A stretch of 63,450 bases of DNA, filler included, from a candidate division NPL-UPA2 bacterium Unc8 (lineage in GTDB: Bacteria > NPL-UPA2), in the NCBI GenBank assembly GCA_003574845.1. It is 4 parts of 4 records of this genome, joined end to end, with 100 filler letters (N's around TTAATTAATTAA, not from the genome) between each part and the next. Parts side by side here need not be neighbours in the genome. Positions count along the whole stretch, not along the records: positions 55,719 to 63,450 come from NDHY01000020.1; 3 more parts are not named here. The stretch is one strand, 5' to 3'. The first letter of the stretch is position 1; every line of letters starts with the position of its first letter. The notes under the pieces were generated by a model. The model worked only from the letters and a program-made list of their open reading frames with translations, made no database searches and was not told the DNA's origin. The translations under genes were made by a program, and so were the position numbers. This document shows positions 57,839 through 63,450 of this stretch, in pieces.

Positions 57839-57902
57839 TAGAGTAGTAAAGTTCCAAGTTTGATAGTTGCCCTGTAGGGGTTTGATTTATTGAGAAATAA
57901 AA

Positions 57903-59156
57903 ATGAATGGTTTTAAGTATATTGGTGGTGAGCTTTACAGCGAAGATGTGAAAGTAGCAGAAATTGCTAAGGAAGTCGGCACTCCTTTCTATCTCTACAG
58001 CTCCGGAGCATTGTTCAATAATTATCATGAGTTTGAGGGCGCTTTTTCCGAATTGAACCCTCTGGTTTGTTATGCATACAAGGCAAATTCCAACCTTGCC
58101 CTTTGCAAGGTTTTAGCTGGGGCAGGTTGTGGAGCTGATGTCGTTTCCGAAGGTGAATTGCGTAAAGCTTTACAGGTTGGTGTTCCTCCGGAAAAGATAG
58201 TTTTTAATGGTAACGGGAAAACCTTAAGAGAGCTAAATCTTGCCCTTGAGCATGATATTTTGATGTTCAATGTGGACTCCGATGAGGAGATGGTGTCGCT
58301 TAATTCCACTGCCGCAGAACTGAGAAAGAAAGCCAGGATTTCTCTGCGAGTGAACCCCGACATTGACCCAAAAACCCATTCTCACATTGCTACGGGGCTA
58401 AAGGAAAGTAAATTCGGGTTTGAGATATCCTCAGCAATTGAGAGCTATCATATAGCAAATGAGCTTGGAAACTTAGAGGTTGCCGGCATTCACATTCACA
58501 TTGGCTCTCAGATAACATCTCTTGAGCCATTTATGGATGCGCTGGAGAAGATAGCGCCTTTACTCACTAAATTAGAGGAGACGGGAATAGAGCTGAAATA
58601 TCTAAACGTAGGAGGAGGATTAGGCATTACCTATCGTGAGGAGCCCCCTCTTCTATTATCCGATTACAGGCAGGCAATCGCCTCTTTAGTCAAAGCGACC
58701 GGACTTAAAATTATCTTTGAGCCAGGAAGAAGATTAGTGGGGAATGCAGGAATTCTAATTACGCAGGTCCTGTCTCTTAAGGAGACGCCTCACAAAAAAT
58801 TTGTCGTTGTTGATGTTGGGATGAACGACCTCATCCGACCGGCATTTTATGATGCTTATCATGAGATAAAGACGGTTAAAGATGAAGCGGCTGCAGATGG
58901 AATAGTTGCTGATGTCGTTGGCCCTCTGTGCGAGTGCGGTGATTTTCTTGCTAAGGATAGAGAAATTCCCCGCGTGAGGGGAGGAGACCTTTTAGCAATA
59001 TTTAGCGCTGGAGCTTATGGGTTTTCTATGTCTTCTAATTACAACTCCCGTTGCCGCGCGGCCGAAGTGTTAGTAAAAGGAGATATATTCCAGGTAGTGC
59101 GCGAGAGAGAAACCTACGAAGACCTTATAAGGGGGGAGAGATTCTTTGAAAATTGA
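57903..59156 (+). CDS. lysA: Diaminopimelate decarboxylase
   Basis: YAYKAN, HIHIGSQ, EPGR, GPLCECGD, GAYGFSMSSNYN. Confidence 0.96.
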   Translation: MNGFKYIGGELYSEDVKVAEIAKEVGTPFYLYSSGALFNNYHEFEGAFSELNPLVCYAYKANSNLALCKVLAGAGCGADVVSEGELRKALQVGVPPEKIVFNGNGKTLRELNLALEHDILMFNVDSDEEMVSLNSTAAELRKKARISLRVNPDIDPKTHSHIATGLKESKFGFEISSAIESYHIANELGNLEVAGIHIHIGSQITSLEPFMDALEKIAPLLTKLEETGIELKYLNVGGGLGITYREEPPLLLSDYRQAIASLVKATGLKIIFEPGRRLVGNAGILITQVLSLKETPHKKFVVVDVGMNDLIRPAFYDAYHEIKTVKDEAAADGIVADVVGPLCECGDFLAKDREIPRVRGGDLLAIFSAGAYGFSMSSNYNSRCRAAEVLVKGDIFQVVRERETYEDLIRGERFFEN

Positions 59157-59973
59157 ATTTACCAAGATGTCGGCTGGTGGTAATGATTTTATTGTCATTG
59201 ACCGTCGTGAGGGTAATACCGTAGAAGTTACACCAGCATTCCTCCGGGAAGCCTGCCGCCGCAAGTTTTCTATCGGCGCCGACGGAGTGCTCCTGTTAGA
59301 GAACTCTACATCGGAAGATGTCAGATTGCGCATCTTTAATCCCGATGGAAGCGAGGCTGAAATGTGCGGTAATGGAGCCTGCTGCACCGCCTTATACATA
59401 ACTCTTAACCCCATCCATCCCATTGAAAGACAATGTATTACTATTAATACAAAAGCTGGAACGTTGGAAGCAGAAGTTAGGGATGAAAACAGGGTAAAGC
59501 TTAAAATGACTACTCCGAAAGATATAAAGTTTGACTTAAAAGCTGAGCTCGGTGGCACCGAATACGCACTTTATTTCCTCAATACCGGCGTTCCTCATAC
59601 GATTATTTTTGTAGAAGATTTGAGGAATACACCAGTAGATGAGTGGGGAAGAAAGATTCGCTACCTCAGAGATTTTTCTCCTGATGGAACAAATGTAGAC
59701 TTCGTAAAAGTAAAGAGTGATGAAGCCCTTGACTTGCGCGTTTATGAAAGAGGAGTTGAGAAAGAGACATTCTCCTGTGGAACGGGAGCGGTAGCGGCTG
59801 CGATTGTTGCCGCCAAAACAGGGAAGGTTAAAAAATCTCCGGTGAGTGTCTATCCTCACGGTGGTCTTCCACTCAGAGTGCACTTCCGCCTGCTTCGGGG
59901 GGAAATCACCGATACCTACCTGGAGAGCGAGGTGCGGGTTAGTTACAGAGGAGAAACAGAATGGCAGGATTAA
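59146..59973 (+). CDS. dapF: Diaminopimelate epimerase
   Basis: FTKM..GNDF, AEMCGNG, TGVPH, RVYERGVE.ET.SCGTG. Confidence 0.95.
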   Translation: MKIEFTKMSAGGNDFIVIDRREGNTVEVTPAFLREACRRKFSIGADGVLLLENSTSEDVRLRIFNPDGSEAEMCGNGACCTALYITLNPIHPIERQCITINTKAGTLEAEVRDENRVKLKMTTPKDIKFDLKAELGGTEYALYFLNTGVPHTIIFVEDLRNTPVDEWGRKIRYLRDFSPDGTNVDFVKVKSDEALDLRVYERGVEKETFSCGTGAVAAAIVAAKTGKVKKSPVSVYPHGGLPLRVHFRLLRGEITDTYLESEVRVSYRGETEWQD

Positions 59974-61016
59974 AAGGTTTTAGTGGAGTCTGGACAGCAA
60001 TAATTACCCCATTTGATACAGAGGGGAGAGTTGATTGGCAGGGGCTGGAGCGGAATATTAATTTCCAGATTGCCTCCGGTGTTAGCGGTATCTTAGCGGT
60101 GGGGACCACTGGCGAGTCTCCTACTCTTGCCTGGAGTGAGCACACCAAGATTATTACCTTTATGGCCTCACTCGTTAGGGATAGATGCGGCATTATGGCC
60201 GGGACAGGCAGTAACTCCACTACCGAGGCAACAGCAGCAACAAAGATAGCCCAAAAGAGAGGAATAAGGACGGTGCTTCTGGTTGACTGTTACTACAATT
60301 GCCCATCGTCATTAGAGCTAAGAAAGGAATATTATGGTTATATTGCCAATGCATTTCCTGAAATGGATATTATTCCTTATATTATTCCAGGACGGACAGT
60401 AACGGCTCTCTCCCCGGAGGACCTGGCAATACTAACAGCTGAGTATCCAAACATCAGAGCAGTGAAGGAAGCCAGCGGGGACCTGGAGCGAATGATTAAA
60501 ACAAGGCAGCTGGTGGGCAGTGAGTTTGATATTCTCTCAGGAGATGATGATCTTACTTATGAGATGATTGCCCGTCCTGGTATAGCTGCCTCAGGGGCAA
60601 TTTCGGTGATGGCAAATGTTGTACCTGGAGCTATCATTGAGATGGTTCAAAAAATGCTCGCCGGCAATATTAAGCGTGGAGAGGAACTCTATAAAATTCT
60701 GGCACCGTTGTTTGAGATTGTAACTGTCAGGGTAGAGGGAAAGAGAAATATATCTGGAAAGACTTTTGTTGTGGTAGATAAATTCAGAAACCCGGTGCCA
60801 GTAAAGACATTGATGAATGGATTGGGAATGAGCGCTGGTTCAACTCGCAGACCATTAGGGAAAATGAATGCGGCAGCAGTAGAAGTAGTGCGGCAGCGGG
60901 CAAGAGCCATCTGGGAGAAAAACCCTGAGATCCTCAGGCCCATTGAGGCTGCCTATGGCGTTGATATAAATGAAAGGTTGAAGAGGAATGATTGTTGGGA
61001 AACCCAGGCTTACTAA
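59961..61016 (+). CDS. dapA: 4-hydroxy-tetrahydrodipicolinate synthase
   Basis: TAIITPF, GTTGESPTL, AGTGSNST, VKEASG, SGDD. Confidence 0.92.
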   Translation: MAGLKGFSGVWTAIITPFDTEGRVDWQGLERNINFQIASGVSGILAVGTTGESPTLAWSEHTKIITFMASLVRDRCGIMAGTGSNSTTEATAATKIAQKRGIRTVLLVDCYYNCPSSLELRKEYYGYIANAFPEMDIIPYIIPGRTVTALSPEDLAILTAEYPNIRAVKEASGDLERMIKTRQLVGSEFDILSGDDDLTYEMIARPGIAASGAISVMANVVPGAIIEMVQKMLAGNIKRGEELYKILAPLFEIVTVRVEGKRNISGKTFVVVDKFRNPVPVKTLMNGLGMSAGSTRRPLGKMNAAAVEVVRQRARAIWEKNPEILRPIEAAYGVDINERLKRNDCWETQAY

Positions 61017-61028
61017 TTACAAAGAAAA

Positions 61029-61817
61029 ATGATTAAAGTAATTGTAACCGGCATTTGCGGGAGAATGGGAAGGAGAATTGCGACTCTCCTTGGAGATGGG
61101 ATTGAACTCATCGGAGCAACGGAGAGCAAAGGACACCCGTCAATAGGGGAGGATGCGGGAGAAGTTCTGGGTCTCTCAAAAAAAGGAATTATCATTGAGG
61201 AAAGCTTAGAGAAAATCATTGCTCAGGGCGATGTCATAATTGATTTTACTATGCCTCAGGCAACATTAACTCATTTAAGGTTCGCAGTAAAGGAGACAAA
61301 AGGCATGGTTATTGGCACCACAGGATTTAATAATGAAGAATTATCCGAGATTGAGAGATTAGCGAATAGCATTCCCTGTCTTCTTTCTCCAAATATGAGC
61401 GTTGGAGTGAATTTATTGTTCAGGCTTGCTGATGAGGCTGCCAGGGCATTGGGAGATAAATATAACATTGAAATTGTTGAATCTCATCATCGCCATAAGA
61501 AAGATGCCCCCAGCGGAACGGCAAAAAAAATAGCTGAAATCCTTGCTCAGGCAAGAGGAATAGAATCAAAAAAGGTAGCAATTCACTCTCTACGAGCAGG
61601 TGATATTATAGGTGAGCACACAATTATCTTTGCGGGAGAGGAAGAAAGAATAGAACTGGTGCACCGCGCCGAGAGCAGAGATACTTTTGCCCGCGGAGCC
61701 ATCCGCGCCGCCAAATTTATTGCTCAGGCTTCTCCCGGACTTTACGGTATGAAAGACGTCTTATGCCGAGGGCCGGAATCGAACCGGCATGGAGGGAATG
61801 CCTCCAACGGATTTTAA
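61029..61817 (+). CDS. dapB: 4-hydroxy-tetrahydrodipicolinate reductase; 3' end runs into the antisense tRNA
   Basis: GICGRMG, IDFT, IGTTG, ESHHRHKKDAPSGTA. Confidence 0.95.
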   Translation: MIKVIVTGICGRMGRRIATLLGDGIELIGATESKGHPSIGEDAGEVLGLSKKGIIIEESLEKIIAQGDVIIDFTMPQATLTHLRFAVKETKGMVIGTTGFNNEELSEIERLANSIPCLLSPNMSVGVNLLFRLADEAARALGDKYNIEIVESHHRHKKDAPSGTAKKIAEILAQARGIESKKVAIHSLRAGDIIGEHTIIFAGEEERIELVHRAESRDTFARGAIRAAKFIAQASPGLYGMKDVLCRGPESNRHGGNASNGF

Positions 61818-61850
61818 GTCCGTCGCGTCTTCCTGTTCCGCCACCCCGGC
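61764..61850 (-). tRNA. tRNA-Leu(TAA), 87 nt, long variable arm, CCA not encoded
   Basis: GCCGGGG acceptor stem, ACGGA-CT-TAA-AA-TCCGT anticodon arm, GGTTCGATTCC T-arm. Confidence 0.95.
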
Positions 61851-61977
61851 AAAACAGAGCACCAGTATGATGGGCTGAAGGCTGTTAGGAAAGTAGAAAT
61901 TGGAAACTGGAAATTGGGAAGAACAGCACAAAAGCATAAAGGGCAAATTTCTAATTTCACCGTTCCTTGAACCGTAC

Positions 61978-63267
61978 TTACTCATTTTGTTGAGATTTGA
62001 CCTCGTCTCCAGAAATTTTGGCTATTCTTACCTTGATTATCTGACGCTGGTCAGCCTCAATAATACTAATTTTTAAGTTTTTGTAAAATATGTCCTCTCC
62101 TTTCTGAGGAATGTAACCTAAGTAATCAGTAATTGCTCCAGCTATCGTTTCCACTCCTTCCTTTTCCGGGAAGCTGATGTCAAATCTTTCGTTAATTTCG
62201 CCAATATCTGCCCTGCCACTGACCACTGCCAGCTCATCAGCAAGGATTATAATCTCCTCTTTTTTTGTGTAGCCATATTCATCTTCTATCTCTCCAACAA
62301 TTTCTTCTATTAGGTCTTCAATGGTAACCAACCCCACTGTTCCTCCATATTCATCAACGACAACGGCTATGTGAATTCTCCTATTCTTAAACTCACGCAG
62401 TAACTCATCCACTTTCTTCGCCTCCGGGACAAAATACGGGATTTGCATAAGCTTGGATAGCGGTTTTATCTCCCCTTTTGGCCAGAGGCCGAGCAGGTCC
62501 TTAACATAAAGAACTCCCACAACATCATCAATTTTTTCCTTAAAGACAAGTATGCGGGAGTGACCTGTAGATACTGCCAGCTTAAAGGCCTCCTCTAAAT
62601 CTGATTCTATCTCAATTGCGACTATATCCGGGCGCGGGACCATTACCTCACGCACCTTTTTCTCTCCAAACTCAAAGACTCCTTCAATCATCTCTTTTTT
62701 TTCTTTCTCAAGAACTCCTTCTTCCTCGCCAAGGTTGATCAGCCCTTTAATCTCATCTTCAGTCATAAATGGCTCAAACCCTCCTCTCCTCCCGCCACAA
62801 AGCCTGATCAACTGACCAGCGACGAAGAGAAAAAACTTAACCAATGGAGAAAAAAGGTAAGAGAAAAAAATCAACAGTTTCATTGCTCTGAGGGCTACTT
62901 TCTCAGCATTTACTCGGGCATAGGTTTTGGGAGCTATTTCTCCGAAAATGAGTATCAGGAAAGTCATCACTCCTGTAGAAACAGCTCCTATCTTGCCCGC
63001 GGTGGTTTCCCCGAAGAGACGCAGAAGAATAAATGTAAGGAGCACTGAAGCAGATATGTTAGCGATATTGTTTCCAACTAATATGGTGGCAAGCAAGTTG
63101 TCCGGGTTGTTTAGCCAGGCAAAAAGGATTTTTCTCTTTTCAATCAGGCTTTTTGTTTTTAACTTCCCCAGGGAAGTAAGCGCCGTCTCCGAGCCTGAAA
63201 AAAAAGCCGATAGCGCAAGTAAGAAAGTTAGGGCAAGAAACTGCCATATTATTGGAGATTTTTCCAT
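61978..63267 (-). CDS. Hemolysin/CNNM (DUF21-CBS-CorC) family transporter
   Basis: [53 protein letters not shown]. Confidence 0.92.
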   Translation of the reverse strand: MEKSPIIWQFLALTFLLALSAFFSGSETALTSLGKLKTKSLIEKRKILFAWLNNPDNLLATILVGNNIANISASVLLTFILLRLFGETTAGKIGAVSTGVMTFLILIFGEIAPKTYARVNAEKVALRAMKLLIFFSYLFSPLVKFFLFVAGQLIRLCGGRRGGFEPFMTEDEIKGLINLGEEEGVLEKEKKEMIEGVFEFGEKKVREVMVPRPDIVAIEIESDLEEAFKLAVSTGHSRILVFKEKIDDVVGVLYVKDLLGLWPKGEIKPLSKLMQIPYFVPEAKKVDELLREFKNRRIHIAVVVDEYGGTVGLVTIEDLIEEIVGEIEDEYGYTKKEEIIILADELAVVSGRADIGEINERFDISFPEKEGVETIAGAITDYLGYIPQKGEDIFYKNLKISIIEADQRQIIKVRIAKISGDEVKSQQNE

Positions 63268-63356
63268 TTATTTTGTAATAGTAAACAATTTTTTTGCCAA
63301 TGTCAAAGAATTTGACATCTTAAGGCAACTTCGGTAATATTAACAGGGCGGTAGTA

Positions 63357-63450
63357 AAGGCACAAAGGCACAGAGAATTAAGTTGTAAGTGGTAAGTGGT
63401 AAGTAGAGAGAGAGTAAAGACGTGGTATAAAAGCAGGTTTGAAGGTAGCC
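63357..63450. repeat. GGCACAAA and TGGTAAG repeats followed by the start of another copy of the 126-bp MITE interior
   Basis: agtaaagacgtggtataaaagcaggtttgaaggtagcc is identical to 41912-41949. Confidence 0.8.

Overview
Draft bacterial assembly window, apparently from a diderm (it encodes a beta-barrel outer-membrane protein, a GspK-like pseudopilin and a LolA-like protein). Four contigs are joined by 100-bp N linkers containing TTAATTAATTAA (20500-20599, 38486-38585, 55619-55718), so adjacency across those gaps is not evidence. Contig 1 holds a phosphate region: mpgP, pstSCAB, mgsA behind Pho boxes, phoBR, and a six-gene cluster with two thymidylate-kinase-like genes, a CHAD-HD fusion, a stand-alone Ppx-type HD domain and a guanylate-kinase-like gene, probably for polyphosphate metabolism. 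It also holds an unusual competence cluster (ComEA, a deleted MBL protein, DUF3006, an exported tandem SpoVG-like protein, and ComEC with an inserted thermonuclease domain and a degenerate MBL site), a deoxyhypusine synthase-like gene and fur/feoB-N/feoA. The other contigs are mostly housekeeping genes: priA, rplM-rpsI, leuC, comM, pheA, cysS, dnaG-rpoD, zapA, EF-G, mnmE, yidCD, slt, phoA, leuD, lysA-dapFAB and tRNA-Leu. At DNA level, most intergenic regions are mosaics of 7- and 8-nt-period tandem repeats, REP-like palindromes and small MITEs with target-site duplications. These repeats have entered several coding sequences in frame. All calls come from reading motifs by eye; no searches were run.
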